Assembly (NCBI RefSeq): GCF_009914755.1
Contig: NC_060947.1
Length of the DNA: 64,000 bases
Reading direction: 5' to 3' (one strand)
DNA from: the human T2T-CHM13v2.0 reference genome, Homo sapiens
How positions within the stretch are numbered: position 1 is the stretch's first letter; each line of letters begins with the position of its first letter. Of this stretch, positions 1 to 13,582 are shown piece by piece. Below the pieces are notes generated by a model. The model ran no database searches. It had not been told where the DNA came from and worked only from the letters and a program-made list of their open reading frames with translations. The translations under genes were made by a program, and so were the position numbers.

Positions 1-450
1 TCTACATACTGTTTGACAACTTTCTTTTCATGCTTTGTAATACATCATGTATGCCTTTTCAGGCCAATACATGCAGATATAGCTCATTTGTTTTAATAAT
101 TGTACAGGATTCTTTTATATGATATGCCATGATGTTTTCCTCCAATTATCTAGTGATGGACACTTGAGTAATTTCCACTTGTATGTCTATTTTTATGCAC
201 TTTTGCTGGTACCATTATGGAATAGATTCCAGGATGCAAGGTTAATAAATCAAAGGCTTGCCACCATTTTGGTATGCATATAATAAGCAAGCCCATTGGA
301 AGCATTCCTCTGGAGCCCTAGCATTATTTGAATTCCAGGCTGGGAGAAGTCTACTGTTCTGCCTCAGAGTTGCCTTTCTCCTGATCTCATGCCCTGTATA
401 CTTGGTACTATATTTCATTTTCCTATAATTTTGTAATGCTTTTGATACAG

Positions 451-490
451 GGACATTTCAGAGGAAGAGATGGTCATGGATCGAGCTATT
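451..490 (+). CDS. ADGRG4: ADGRG4 coding micro-exon (first in window), DISEEEMVMDRAI
   Basis: tttgatacag acceptor and gtaagt donor; 40 nt; in frame with the following exons. Confidence 0.85.
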
Positions 491-1040
491 GTAAGTAATT
501 TTTCAAAATGAATCTACTTGTGACCTATCCTATGCCTGATTAGATGTAAGTCAATAGCTCTTCCACCCAAGTATATATTATCAGGCGAGGCTTTGTTGTG
601 GCAATTGGGGGTCAAATTACATTACTTCCTTTGGGATTGGTACAAAAAGCCATCAAGAAAACCATCCCCTGCTTTTTTGAACTATCCATGTGGCAGCTTT
701 TTGAGGCACATTTTCTGGTCTACAGGGATTGTAAATGGTAAGTGAATTTCTTCGTTATAGATGTCTTGCAAAAAAAACCTAGCTCTTCCAAGAGTGACAC
801 AATTGTTTGCAAGACTGGCATTCACACAATAAATCCACCCTCTATTTGTCCAGATTTGAAGCCAGAGTGTGATAAAACTATCTCCCATCATCCTTGCCCC
901 AATTCTCAGTTCTTGTTCCATTGCCTCAAAGCTTTACAATAGCACACTCTAAAATGAGTAGCAAGCACACAGCTTTCCAGGTATTTAAGTGTGAGGTAAG
1001 TATTTGATGATACAGAATACAATCAAGCCCACAGTACAGG

Positions 1041-1347
1041 GGCCAGAAGCAGTGACTCACACCTGTAATCCCAGAGATTTGGGAGGCTGAGGTGGGAGGA
1101 TTGCTTGAGGCCAGGAGTTCAAGACCAGTCTGAGCAACATGGGGAGACCCCATCTCTACAAAAAATAATTTAAAAATATTAGCCAGGCACGGTGGTGCAT
1201 TCCTGTAGTCCCAGCTACTGAGGAGGCTGAGGCGGGGGGATCACATGAGCCCAGATTTCAAGGCTGCACTACACTATGATTGCACCACTGCACTCCAGCC
1301 TAGGTGATAGAGCAAGGCTCTGTCTCAAAAAACAAACAAACAAAAAC
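1041..1347 (+). mobile_element. Alu (AluJ-like)
   Basis: dimeric Alu with ggaggattgcttgaggccaggagttc and an A/CA tail. Confidence 0.92.
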
Positions 1348-1489
1348 CTATAGTGCATAGTGCATTCCAAATTATCCACTATCATTAAAAATATTTTCTG
1401 TAAATAGCTGAGTCAGAAATTTTGATATATACACATTATAGCATGATATAACTAAAATTCCTTTCAGTAACAGGTGTAAAATCCTTTTG

Positions 1490-1940
1490 GTGATAATATG
1501 GTCAAGCTGCCTGGGTTGGAACCCCTGCTTTTCCACTTCCTGACTATGAGACCTTGGGCAACTTAATTAACTTCTCTGTGCTGGAGTTTCCTCATCTGTA
1601 AGATGAGGACTGTTGGAAGGATAAAATGAGATCATCTATGTTAAGTGTTTAACACTGGGCTTAGAACATAGTAAATGTTTGATAGTGTTTACAATTGTCA
1701 ATTGCATGTTAATATCTAGATCCAGAAGGCTTAGATTCTGCTCCTAGTTCTGTGTCTTGTCAACTGTGTGATACTGGGCAGACCATTTAACTTCTCTGTG
1801 ACTCAGATTCCTCATGTAACAAAGAGGGCGACAATCCCTGTATTGCCCACCCTACAGGGTTGGTGTGAGGAGTAAATGCATTGATGTTTTTGAGGGTAGT
1901 TTGCAGACGGCAATGAGTTACATAAATGTGAAGCATAATT
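1490..1940 (+). mobile_element. Two adjacent MIR fragments
   Basis: MIR core accttgggca..cttaa..cttctctgtg...tttcctcatctgtaa occurs twice. Confidence 0.7.
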
Positions 1941-2028
1941 ATATAATTGTTGTTAACAATAAGCCCTGTACTCAGTTATGACATTTGTTTAAAGATTTCA
2001 GTGACTATGTACTTTTCTTTTGCATTAG

Positions 2029-2081
2029 TTGGAACAGAGAGAAGGACAAGAAATGGCTACAATTTCCTATGTACCATACAG
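2029..2081 (+). CDS. ADGRG4: ADGRG4 coding micro-exon, LEQREGQEMATISYVPY(S)
   Basis: cttttcttttgcattag acceptor, gtagga donor; 53 nt, phase 0 to 2, matching both neighbours. Confidence 0.85.
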
Positions 2082-3616
2082 GTAGGAAGTAGGAACTGAG
2101 TTTATTAATAGCTGGCACATTTAGTTCTGATTTTCCTTCCATTTAATTCTGCATGTGCGGCCAGTTGGCCAGAGTTGTCAGAAGAAGATCAAAGTACCCA
2201 GTGATTATTTCACATATGCTGTAATTAGGTCCTTGCCTTCATGAAATATGTTGTTTCGGTTGGTCATGGCACAGGCTAGCGGCCAGCCTGCTGCCTCTTT
2301 GCAGTGAAGAGAAAAAGGGGTGGTCATAATCTGGGACGGGGGAGTGAAGTGTTTGTTTTGGTCAAAAAGGTCCACGAAACACTTGGCAGGGAAATTGGAA
2401 ACAACAACAACATGGAAAGTAGCTTCGGTTCTGTTCAGACTCGTGGTCCAGCTCCTCCTGGAATGCTGGCTATTGTTGATCTGTTCGACGCACATCAGGA
2501 AGAACATATAGTCAAAAAAGGCCCATGAAGAGGTCTTTGAAATGGAGTAGAGGGTCTGTCGCAAGCAGGAGGAGAGGTTTAAAATGAAGACTCCTCTTCG
2601 GACTGGAAAGATGAAAGCTGAGAAGAGCTAGGCTCCAAAGGAAGGAGACAGGATGAGCAGGGACTTCACCAAATATAGATCAAGGGAGGGGCAGATATCA
2701 CTTAGATTAGACATGGAGATAAGTTTTGAGCAAGTACAGGTATGTCTAACTTGCAACAACTGGCAGGAAACTTAGCAAATATCTTCTTCAAAAAGCCGTG
2801 TCTACAAATGGAAATGGAAAAAAGATATAGGTAAGTTTTTGTATCTGAAATGTGCTTCCTAATGGAATATTAGAGGAATTCAGAATATTTGAGGATCTTG
2901 CTGTAGAGGATAGAGGATGAAGTCAAGGACAGCTCTATCCTTTCATCAGTGATCTTTTAGTGGACATAAATACTGAGTGAGTTTTTGTGACCATGGGAAA
3001 CATTATTTCCCTGAGGCTGAGTTCCATCATCTGTGTTATGGGAATAATAATAGCATTACCTCATACGGTCGTTGTGAGAATAAAGTGAATCAGAACATGT
3101 GGAGGAAGGGTTTCACAAATGTTAGCTACTATCATTATCATTATCATCATTATTACTTATTATAGAAATGAGCCTTCTTCAGAACACTTCTTTATAGACT
3201 AACTGAGCATCATATGCCTATTTGCCTGATTTCAGTAATGATGGGTAAATTGGAGACCAGAAGAATAAAAGGTTCTCTCTGAAATAATAAATCCTGAAAA
3301 CTCCATCTTCTCTATTAATTATTACAAACTCTTAGAGAAATCTCAAGGCTAGCAATTTCAACACAATGCATACGTTACTGACCATTCTTTTGAAAATAGG
3401 TTTTGCATTGTCTGTTTTGGATAAGAGAAAATTTATCAGAACATTTCAGTATGCTGTCTTCCATCACTTCTTAAGATTGGCTGCTTAATAGCTGTAAAAT
3501 GTTTGACATTTATGAACTACCAATTAAATCAGCTGTACAGAATTTCTGCATTGCAGGCCAAGTTGCACTCCCTTGACATAACTGCAACAATCTTTCTTTT
3601 TTATTCTGCTTTGTAG

Positions 3617-3780
3617 TTGTGTTTGTCAGGTCATCATAAAAGCCAGCTCTTCCTTAGCATCCTCTGAATTGATGAGAAAAATCAAAAGTAAAATACATGG
3701 CAACTTCACACATGGAAACTTCACACAAGATCAATTGACGTTATTAGTAAACTGTGAACACGTTGCAGTGAAAAAACTAG
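3617..3780 (+). CDS. ADGRG4: ADGRG4 exon, CVCQVIIKASSS...EHVAVKKL
   Basis: ttgtag / gtaatt; 164 nt, phase 2 to 1; overlaps ORF 3669..4016. Confidence 0.9.
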
Positions 3781-4784
3781 GTAATTTTTTTGGGGGGTGG
3801 ATATTGCAGTATGAACTTACTTCCTTTATTATAAAACTCATAATGCATACTTGGTTAAGGATTCTGAGTTCAGAAAGGAGAGAAGTCATCTTTCTGTTTT
3901 TTTTTTCATATTCTTGGTACCCACTTGATCTGATGACCTTTCTACCTTTAAGAACTTATGGAAGAACAGAATGCTGGAGGAGTTACCAGAGACTGCTGGT
4001 CAGCTCTGGATATTAGCAATGGCCAATCCGTCAATGGAATGGGAGGATTTTCTCTCTTGCATAAATACACAGAGACCTGAAGAGCTTCCTCATTAACACA
4101 CAATAAATGCCTAATAGATACTTGCTAATTTATTGATTGATTCAGCCATCTTATTCATCTTGGCAAGTGATCAGGGAACTGTCCCAGATTTCTCTCATGG
4201 GGGCATTCTCTGATTAGCAAAGCTTTACTGGTAAAAGTGCAAGGCTACCAGGCCACTCCACCTCCTTCCCAGTGCAGCTTTGTTCCTTTTCCCCAATAGA
4301 CTGCTGTAGAAATCATTGAGCTCACACAGCTCTAATGCCAGATAACACACACAGGCATTAGAACGCACAATCCTTGGCAACAGACTAATTAAGTATAAGA
4401 GGGCAGCCTGTGACGGTGCAGGGGTGTGAGTGAAATGGGGGGCAGAAACGTGTTGAAGCCACAGGTAGAGCCCAACATGTAAATGACACTAATGAATGTG
4501 TCCTAAGAATGAGAGGAAGGCACCTTTCACCCTCACTCAGAATGGAGACTGGGATAGCTGAGCAAAGCTGGCTGGGCCACTTCTCACAGCATTCTCTCAA
4601 CACCTGAGGGAAATATTTCCAGAATCAGGGTCATGAAACCCAGTAAGTGCTCAGAAAAAAATGGGAACTTATCATATAGACTTAGCCCATGTCACATCTC
4701 CCTTCGTGTGACAGCAAAACCTTGCCTTAACAGCCCTATGTGGAAGTTTGCCCTGTCCCTCAGCAACATCAAAAACAGAGCCCT

Positions 4785-5086
4785 AGACTGTGTGCAGTGG
4801 CTTACACCTATAATCCCAGAACTTTGGGAGGGTGAGGCAGGAGGATCACTTAAGGTCAAGAGTTTGAGACCAGCCTGGGCAACAAAGCAAGACGCTGTCT
4901 CTACAAAAAATAAAAAATTAGCTGGACATGGTGATGCATGCCTGTAGTGCCAGCTTTTCAAGAGGCTGAGGCAGGGGGATCACTTGAGGCCAGGAGGTTG
5001 AGGCTGCAGTGAGCCATGATCACACCATTGCGCTCCAGACTGGGTGACAGAGTAAGACCTCATATAACAAACAAACAAACAAAACA
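4785..5086 (+). mobile_element. Alu (AluJ-like)
   Basis: dimeric Alu; TSD-like aaaacagagc on both sides. Confidence 0.92.
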
Positions 5087-5351
5087 GAGCTCCCCTGTCT
5101 ATACTGATCATGTCAGATACACTGAATTTACTAAAATGAAATCCATCCCAGAGTCCATTAAGAAGGGGGCCATTCCAGAGAGAGAAGTTCGTCTATAGTC
5201 TCCTGTCTTTGGATATAAAACTGCTAACAGTGGGTATCTCAGAAGCTGGGCAATTGGTAGGTGGGAACTTTTGACTTTTGACTCTACACTCCACCACGTG
5301 GCTTGAAATTTTTCAATTCTTATGTATTGTTTTAAAAACAAGACAGAACAA

Positions 5352-5480
5352 TGTCAGGTGAGGTGGCTAATGCTTATAGTCCCAGATCTTTGGGTGGCTG
5401 AGGTGGGAGGATTGCTTGAGGCCAGGAGTTTGAGACCAGCCTCTATAACATAGCAAGACGCTGTCTGTACAAAATTTTAG
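5352..5480 (+). mobile_element. Alu monomer (FLAM-like)
   Basis: single left arm ending gacgctgtctgtacaaaa. Confidence 0.8.
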
Positions 5481-5779
5481 AAAAACCTATCTCATCAATT
5501 CGTTGTTTTAATGAAAAGGACTAAATATGTGGTTATACTGGGTGGTTTATTATTTAAAAAAAAAACACTCCATATAATGATATTTTCAATAAGGCCTGGT
5601 CCAAATGGCTAGGTAGAAAAAGTTTTCTTTTTTATTTGCTGATCTTTACGTGCAGCATAATAATGACGTTCATAATAATATATAATATTATATTATTATA
5701 TAGTAATAATAATAATGGATGTTTGTAATACTTTTAAGTGCCTCTTGTCCTTTAAAATGTGCATACATTTTCTCTGTAG

Positions 5780-5912
5780 AGCCTGGAAATTGCAAAGCTG
5801 ATGAAACAGCCTCTAAATACAAAGGGACCTATAAGTGGCTATTAACCAACCCTACGGAGACAGCCCAAACCAGATGCATAAAAAATGAGGATGGAAATGC
5901 CACAAGATTCTG
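5780..5912 (+). CDS. ADGRG4: ADGRG4 exon, first half of HormR-like module (EPGNCKADE...YKW...TRC...ATRFC)
   Basis: tctctgtag / gtatgt; 133 nt, phase 1 to 2; C..W..C..RxC pattern. Confidence 0.93.
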
Positions 5913-6574
5913 GTATGTACAGGCCAAGTTCTAATTGCTGATTCAGATATACAAAGATCTACCTAATTGGGGACATGTTTCTATGTCATTTGTCTGAGCA
6001 TGCTCCCTTCCTCCACCTCTAGTGCCAGTCTTTCTTTCTATTACCTTTCGTACCTGTTTAAACATACATGCAACATAACAAGAAAAATTTTCAAGGAGAC
6101 AAAAGATAAAAGTTACCCATCATCCCAGAAGAAAATTCAAGAAGACAAAAGAGAAAAAAGTCACCTATAACCCCACTGCCTGAACACAGCTGTTTTTAGG
6201 TTGGCATATATTTTTTTCATGTAACCTTTCTCTGTATGCCTTTAAGTTTTATGTAGCAGTAATCACTATTCTTGTATCAATAATGTAATTTACCATTTCA
6301 TTCAATGGTTTATCAAACATTTTCCATGTTTTACATTTATTATCTTAATGTTCATTTCAAAATAACGACCTTGGAAACCATCTAGTTGATGGGCTATAGT
6401 AATTTACTAAATCACTTTTCTATTGTTGACTTTATCATTTTCCTTTTTAAAATAATCAGCCCTCTTTTCTCACTCTCTGCTGTTCATGGTTTATGCCATT
6501 AACTTAAGTGGGCAAAACCAGAGGGGCAGCAGGTTTTGACAGAGGCTTAAAAGCACTCTTTTAGAAAGCAACAT

Positions 6575-7305
6575 TAGGGGCTTTCCTTTTCCTCCCTGTG
6601 TCTAATCAGTTGGCAAGTCCTGCAGCTTTGATGGTCATAGTCAGAGCCCACATCTAGCCTTTCCTTTCCAACCCCACTGCCACTACCCTGGTGCAAGCCC
6701 TTATTGCCCACTATTAGAGCGGTCTCCTTGCCATCTAACTTAACAGTATCCCTTACCCGCCTCCGCCAACTATATTCTACACTGCTGCCAGCATGATTTT
6801 CCTGAAGTATGGCTGCTATCATGCCACTGTCGTGCTCCAGCTCCACATTGCCTCAAGAATTAAGTCCAAACCCCTAAATATAGTCCAGACCGTAGGCTTC
6901 CTCTCCTGCTGTCTCACTCAGCATTCTCCCTCCCTTTATCATACGCTCCAGTCAAAATGACCATTTGCTGTTCTGGGCTCAATGGACGCTTCCTGGTGTC
7001 TCTTTCTCTGCCTGTGCTGTTTGCTCTTCTTGGGGTTGGGGGAAGAGATTTTTCTCTACCTCTGTCCTTTCAGCACACAGCTCAGCTCAAATGCTGAAAG
7101 TAACGTCTCTTTCCTTGGTAGTTTGATAGATTCAGTTTTGTTTATACAGCTTTTCATCTTATATTTGCCCTAAGTTTCGAGTAGTTACACTTAGAATTTT
7201 AAACCCCCTAATTACAAGTTCCTTGAGGGAGGGATGAAGCCCCACCCTGTTTGTGTGTGCTACCTATTACCATTCCTAGAATGGAGTGGGTGCTCAATAA
7301 ATGTG
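6575..7305 (+). mobile_element. L2 LINE 3' fragment
   Basis: ccactgccactaccctggtgcaagcc ... tgctcaataaatgtg L2 3' end. Confidence 0.65.
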
Positions 7306-7801
7306 TTAGCTGACTTGAAATGAACTGGCTTGAATTGGGTGAGGCACAGGGGAGGGTGGATGATGAGGGCCGATGGGCCATCGAGGGTTCTATATTAATT
7401 GTCTTAAGTTAATATGCTGAGATAGAGACCACATTCGAACAGGAATTTCCCCTTAAAAGAGGAGTAAGAAGGGACAGTGAGAGGAAAGAGTCATGTCTAG
7501 AGGACCAGAATCTCTGTCTTGATGCTTGGTCAGTAGGACATTGCCATGCCCCATTCCCAGCTCCCTTACCTGTTTATCCACTCCCCTTCCCCCTTCCCAC
7601 ATGTTGACCCTAGATTCACTTGCTCCCTAAGAGCAAAATTTCTTCATTTCACAAAGAAGTACTGGGCTCCCACCTTTGCTTTCTATGCCAGGAGGCTTGG
7701 GGCAGGCGAGGAGAAGGCATGCTAAGGCTATATCCACCATTTGCTTTAAGACTATCTTTGCCTCATCCTCTGATGAGAAAGCTCTTTCCTCTCTTTTTCA
7801 G

Positions 7802-7920
7802 TTCAATCAGCATCAACACGGGCAAATCTCAGTGGGAAAAGCCAAAGTTTAAACAATGCAAATTGCTTCAAGAACTTCCTGACAAGATTGTGGATCTTGC
7901 TAATATTACCATAAGTGATG
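7802..7920 (+). CDS. ADGRG4: ADGRG4 exon, end of HormR-like module / start of GAIN (SISINTGKSQWEKPKFKQC...ITISD)
   Basis: ctctttttcag / gtaaga; 119 nt, phase 2 to 1; WxxPxxxxC motif. Confidence 0.93.
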
Positions 7921-8119
7921 GTAAGATTGTTTTGTACATATAAGACAAATTATGGAACTTCAATTACTTTGCCTACTTGACCCCAAACCAGAGAGAGTAT
8001 AGGCAAACCCCACTTAGGAAAATCTACCTTACGACAATCCAATTTCAGAACAAAGGTAATTAATGTTGGTGGAGGTGGTGGTGGGACATGAGATGTTAGG
8101 ACTATCAGTGTTTCAGTGA

Positions 8120-8435
<316 letters not shown>

Positions 8436-8479
8436 TTATTTTACTTTTTCGGCTAATTATTGTTTTTATTTTTTTTTAA

Positions 8480-11170
8480 TTTTTAAAAAGTTTTAATAGG
8501 TAATACTTCACTGACTTCAATACTCAAAAAACAAAAAGAGTATGTGTAAAACATCTCCCTCCCACTGCTGACCTCAGCCATTCAGTTACTATCCACAGAG
8601 ATATTTTATGGATCCATAATGAAATGTGTATACATATTTGTGTATGTGTATATTGTATACACACATATACTTGCCCTCACTTTTTGTACACAAAGTGGAG
8701 CATACTATACACACTATTCTTTACGTTGCTTTTTTCTCTTAACAATATATTGCAGAGATTATTATATCAGCCTATAAAGAATTTTCTCTTTCTTTTTTCC
8801 CCTTCTGCATTGTATTATATATACCACAATAAATGTGCCACAATTTATTTAACCTGTTTCTTATGGATGAGTATTTAGGTTGTCAGTAACATTTTTCTTT
8901 GAAAACAAGACTGTACAACTATTTTTGTGTTTTTTTCATTGTAGGGAAAATACTATAACATATTTTTAAAAATACTCACATGTTTGATAGTGTATAAGAT
9001 GTTTTAGAGTTGGTATTGTCTAAGCAGCTGATATAGAAGGTTGCATTTCTTTCAAAAATACATTTGTAGACCACATTAGCTTTTATTTTTGTTTGTGACA
9101 CTGTTAGCATAATTCATATTATTAGGCAAAAGAGATTCAAAATAAAGAGTATCTCTTTTAAAAAACCACTGCTTCGATGAATATTACATATATGTCAGAA
9201 TTTTGAGAAAGTAGGGGTATACCTAAAGCATAAATCCTTGAATGTAGAATTTCTGGGTCAATCATACTTTTGATGGTGTCAAAATGCTCTCTGTAATAGT
9301 TACAGCAATTTAGATTCCCACTTGCAAATTATGAAAAGCACCTTTTTCGCAACTCCTTCATCAACACAGCATGTTTGTTATCAGACTTCTGGATCTTTTT
9401 GCGATGTGATAAGCAGAAATTGATATCTCAATGTAGTTTACAAACTTTTTAATGGAGATATTTACATATCATAAAATTCGCTCATTTAATGTGTACAATT
9501 TAGTGGGTTTTTAAAAGCATATTCACTAGATTGTGCAACCATCATCACTAATTCCAGAATATTTCATCACCCCAAAAAGAAACCCTGTACCCATTAGCAG
9601 TCTCTCCATTCCTCCCCCACCCCAGCTCCTGGCAACCACTAATCTACTTTTTTGTCTCTATGAATTTTGCCAATTTGGGGCATTTCATGTTTCTGAGGTT
9701 CATCCAATGTTGTAGCATGTATCATTGCTTCATTCCTTTTTATGGATGCATTATATTCCATTATATAGATATACCACATTTTGCTTATTAATTCATCATT
9801 TGACAGATATTTCTTTTCCATCTTTTGGTTATTATTAAAAATCTAGCTGTGCACATTTATGTACAGATTTTATGTAGACATATGTTTTCAATTTTCTCGG
9901 GTATACACTGAAGAGTAGAATTGCTAGGTCATATAGTAACCCTATGATTAGCTTTTTGAGGAACTTCAAAACTGTTTTCCACAGCAGTTGTGCCATTCTA
10001 CATCCCTGCCAACTCTGTATGAAGGTTCCAATTTCTTCACATCCTTGTAAACACTTATTACTATTGTCTGTCTTTTAGATTATGGCTGGTAGTAATGCCC
10101 CCCAACACACCTTTATTCCTAATTTTAGTAATTTGTGTCTTCACTTTTTTTTATCTTTGTCAGTCTAGCCAAAAGTTTTTAAATTTTGTTAATGTTTATA
10201 GACTTTATTTTTTAGAGCAGTTTTAGATTCACAGCAAAATTGAGTGGAAAGTACAGAGCTTCAGCATGTGCCCTCCCCCAACCACCTGCAGACTTCCCCA
10301 CCATCAACATCCCCCACCAGAGTGGTATGTTTGTTACAATTGAATGTACACTGACACATCGTTATCACCAATAGTTCATAGTTTTACATTAGCGTTCACT
10401 CTTGCTATTGTACATTCTGTGGGTTTGGACAAATGTATAATGACACGAATCCGCCATTACAGTATCATATGGGATATTTTCACTGCTCTAAAAGTCCTCT
10501 ATGCTCCACTTATTCATCCCTCCTTCCTCTCAACCCCTGGCAATCACTGATCTTTTTACTATCTCTGTGTTTTTGCTCTTTCCAGAAGGCCATATAGTTG
10601 GAATCTTACAATATGCAGCCTTCTCAGATTGTCTTCTTTCACTTAGTTATGTGCATTTAAATTTCTTCCATGTGTCTTTTCATGGCTTGGCAGCTCATTT
10701 CTTTTTGGCACTGGATAATATTCCATTGTCTGGATGTACCACAGTTTATTTATTCATTCACCTACTGAAGGACATCTTGGTTGCTTCCAAGCTCTAACTA
10801 CGAATACAGCTACTATAAACATCTGTGTGCAGGTTTTTGTATAGATGTTAAGTGTTCAACTCATTTGGGTAAAGAACAAAAGGTGTGGTTGTTGGATTGT
10901 GTGATAAGAGTATGTTTAGTTTTGTAAGAAGCTGACAAATTGCCTTCCAAAGTGGCTGTACCATTTTGCATTCCTATCAGCAATGAGAGTTCCTGTTGTT
11001 TCACATTCTTTCCAGCATTTAGTGTTGTCAGTGTTTTAGATTTTGGCTATTCTAATAGGTGTGTAGTGGTATCTCATTGTTGTTTTAATTTGCAATTCCT
11101 TAATGACATATGATGATGAATAGCTTTTCATATGCATATTTTCCATATTTATGTCTCCTTTGGTGAGGTG
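8480..11170 (-). mobile_element. Cluster of old antisense L1 fragments (L1M; L1MB-like ~9445-10085, L1MC-like ~10195-11170)
   Basis: antisense L1 3'/ORF2-end motifs such as ttccaaagtggctgtaccattttgcattcc and ttttagattcacagcaaaattgag. Confidence 0.75.
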
Positions 11171-11171
11171 T

Positions 11172-11425
11172 ATTCTATAGGCTGAATGTTTGTGTGCCCC
11201 AAAAATTCATACGTTGAAATTCTAAGCCCAGTGTGATGGTATTTGGAGATGAGGCCTTTGGGAGGGGATTAGGTCATGAGGGTGGAACCTTCATGAATGA
11301 GATTAGCACCCTTATAAAAGAGGCCTCAGAGAGCTTCTTTGCCCCTTTCACCATGTGAGGTTATAGTGAAAAAATGGCGGTCTATGAGCCAGGAAATGAG
11401 TTCTCACCAGACATTGAATCTGTTC
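11172..11425 (+). mobile_element. MaLR LTR fragment (MLT1A-like)
   Basis: ctgaatgtttgtgtgccccaaaaattcatacgttgaaa...gattaggtcatgagggtgga. Confidence 0.8.
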
Positions 11426-12639
11426 TTCATAGACAACTTGCCAGACATGGTTCTACTGCATAAAATGGGTCCCTCCCATAGTGAAATGTCAGAAATTGAG
11501 GCACAGGCATTCCAGTGCCTCGCAGAAGGGCCAGGGAATTGGCCTTGAAGCAGTGAACTTCTCAGACCTGTTTTCCTTGCAGATGATGCAAGTTTGAGAT
11601 CCTTGCTGAGGACTATCTAGAAGAATTAGGAAAGCAAGCACAGTTCTGATTATTTCTAGATCAGAAACCAAGAGTGAGGGCAATAGGAAATGTTACAGCT
11701 TGAAGTGAGTGGGCGGAAAGTTAGAGGGTTTGTGTTTCACACTGACCTCCGTCCTTCTGAGTGACACATTTTCTTTAGACATGCTAATAGAATTTTCTCT
11801 TGTGCAAGAAAAAGTTAATAAACAGTCATAACAACAACAAAAACACTGCACTGGGTTGGGATTTTTAGAAAATTGACTGAGAAGTCATTTTATATATATA
11901 AAAAATCTACCGCGGAGTAAAGGAACAGTTGGATGATGATTGTAATGTATATAACTGAAAAGTAAACTATCAAGTTTATTATCTTTGGAAGAATCCTTCT
12001 ATTCTACTTGTAAATTAGGGGCTTAATGAACAATGAATACAATATAAAGGAAAGAAAAATGTATTCACGTTGAAACAATTTATTTTCTTTTGCTTTCAAT
12101 CTTGCTGACAAGCATTAGATATCTTGGTTGAAGAAAAACTCTTCTGCTCTCTCACTTAAATGCTCCTTTTTCTTAACTCTTTAATATCACAGAGTTAGAA
12201 AAGGTACTTTTATTTCAAAGTTCTTTGGGTTCTCTTCTGTGCTCAATGTTTGTTACCTCCATGATATTAAAGATGCATCAGGCTCTAGTGAAGTTGACTA
12301 GAACTTTTCAGAAAACTTTTTCCTGTCTGTATCCATTCCACCATCAGGGCAGGATAGTGAGTGCTTAAGAGAAAACAGTGGTATTCCCAGGAGGTCAGGT
12401 AGAAAGACTGCAAAGCACAGCTGTTCCAACCCCCAACACGGTGGAGAAAACGGCCAAAGTCACAGATGCTGTAAAAAGTGATACTGAAGAGCTCAAGCTT
12501 TGGAATTAGCACTGGGTTAGAATATTTCAATGTTTTAACTTCTTACTCTATATAAAGGAGATAATGTGAGTACTTTTATGACTAATACAAAGGTTATTGT
12601 GATGAATAGATGAGAAAATGCACATATAATGCCTTGCTG

Positions 12640-13582
12640 TTGTATCTACCTCCAAAATGCCCACCGACTCATTCCCTCTTTGTCAATTGGGAATTGAATC
12701 AGGGCTGGCTTGTGACTGCTTAGCCCAGTAGAATTAGGGAGAAGCGGCTTTGCCAATGATGGGACTAATTTTTAAGAGGACTGGAAGTTTCTGCATCCTT
12801 TCTCTTGGTACACTCTCATTTGAGATGCTTCCTCAGAGCCAGACACCATGCTGTAAGAAGCCCAAACAGTGGTGTGCTGAAAAATATTTAAAAACCAGCT
12901 CTACCCAAAGAAGGTGCTGATTTGTAGCTTTTGCCAGTTTTCATGATATAATACCCTCTCCTCCATGGCTGAATACAAATTACAATGTAACGTATAGTGA
13001 CTGAACTATAAACTTGGTAAAAGATGCATGCACAGATATATTAGATATGTAAATAATCACAAAAGCACAGATTAGTAAAATGTAGCAAAATAATTAGAAA
13101 GTGAAGAGGTTTCAGTATCATTTTAAAATATAATTTATGCAATTGTAAGTTTATATAATTTAATTTTTAATAATGGCCGTGTTTAACAACTCGTTCACAG
13201 AATTCCTGAAAATTTAACAATTGGTTCTCACCAGCTGGTAAAAGTTGGCTCCAGCACATCACAAGCCAGACCCAGCACACTACTGAGCCCACACCACTGG
13301 GGGAGTCCATGTGTAGGGAGTACAGCCAACAGCTTCAACTGACCAGTCAGCATCAATTGCCTGCCATGTGAGTGAGCCCTCTTGGACATCCAGCCCAGAT
13401 TAGCCTTCTGATGTATTCAGCCTCAGCTGCTATCTGACTTGAAGTGTATGAGACAATCCAAGTGAGAACACTCAACTGAGCCTAGTTAACACACAGAACC
13501 ATGAAGGATAATAATACATTGTTGCTTTAAGCCAGTAAGTTTTAGGGTGATTTGTTATGCAGCAATAGATAACCTGGAACAC
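12640..13582 (+). mobile_element. MaLR LTR (MLT1G/H-like) interrupted by a hAT element
   Basis: ends tttaagccagtaagttttagggtgatttgttatgcagcaatagataac. Confidence 0.7.
12867..13263. mobile_element. MER63-like hAT DNA transposon inside the MLT1
   Basis: terminal inverted repeats cagtggtgtgctg ... ccagcacatcac. Confidence 0.65.

Noticed and set aside
682-942. Overlapping 79- and 66-aa ORFs in an intron
   Set aside because: No recognisable homology, no splice context or retrocopy hallmarks; length is compatible with chance.
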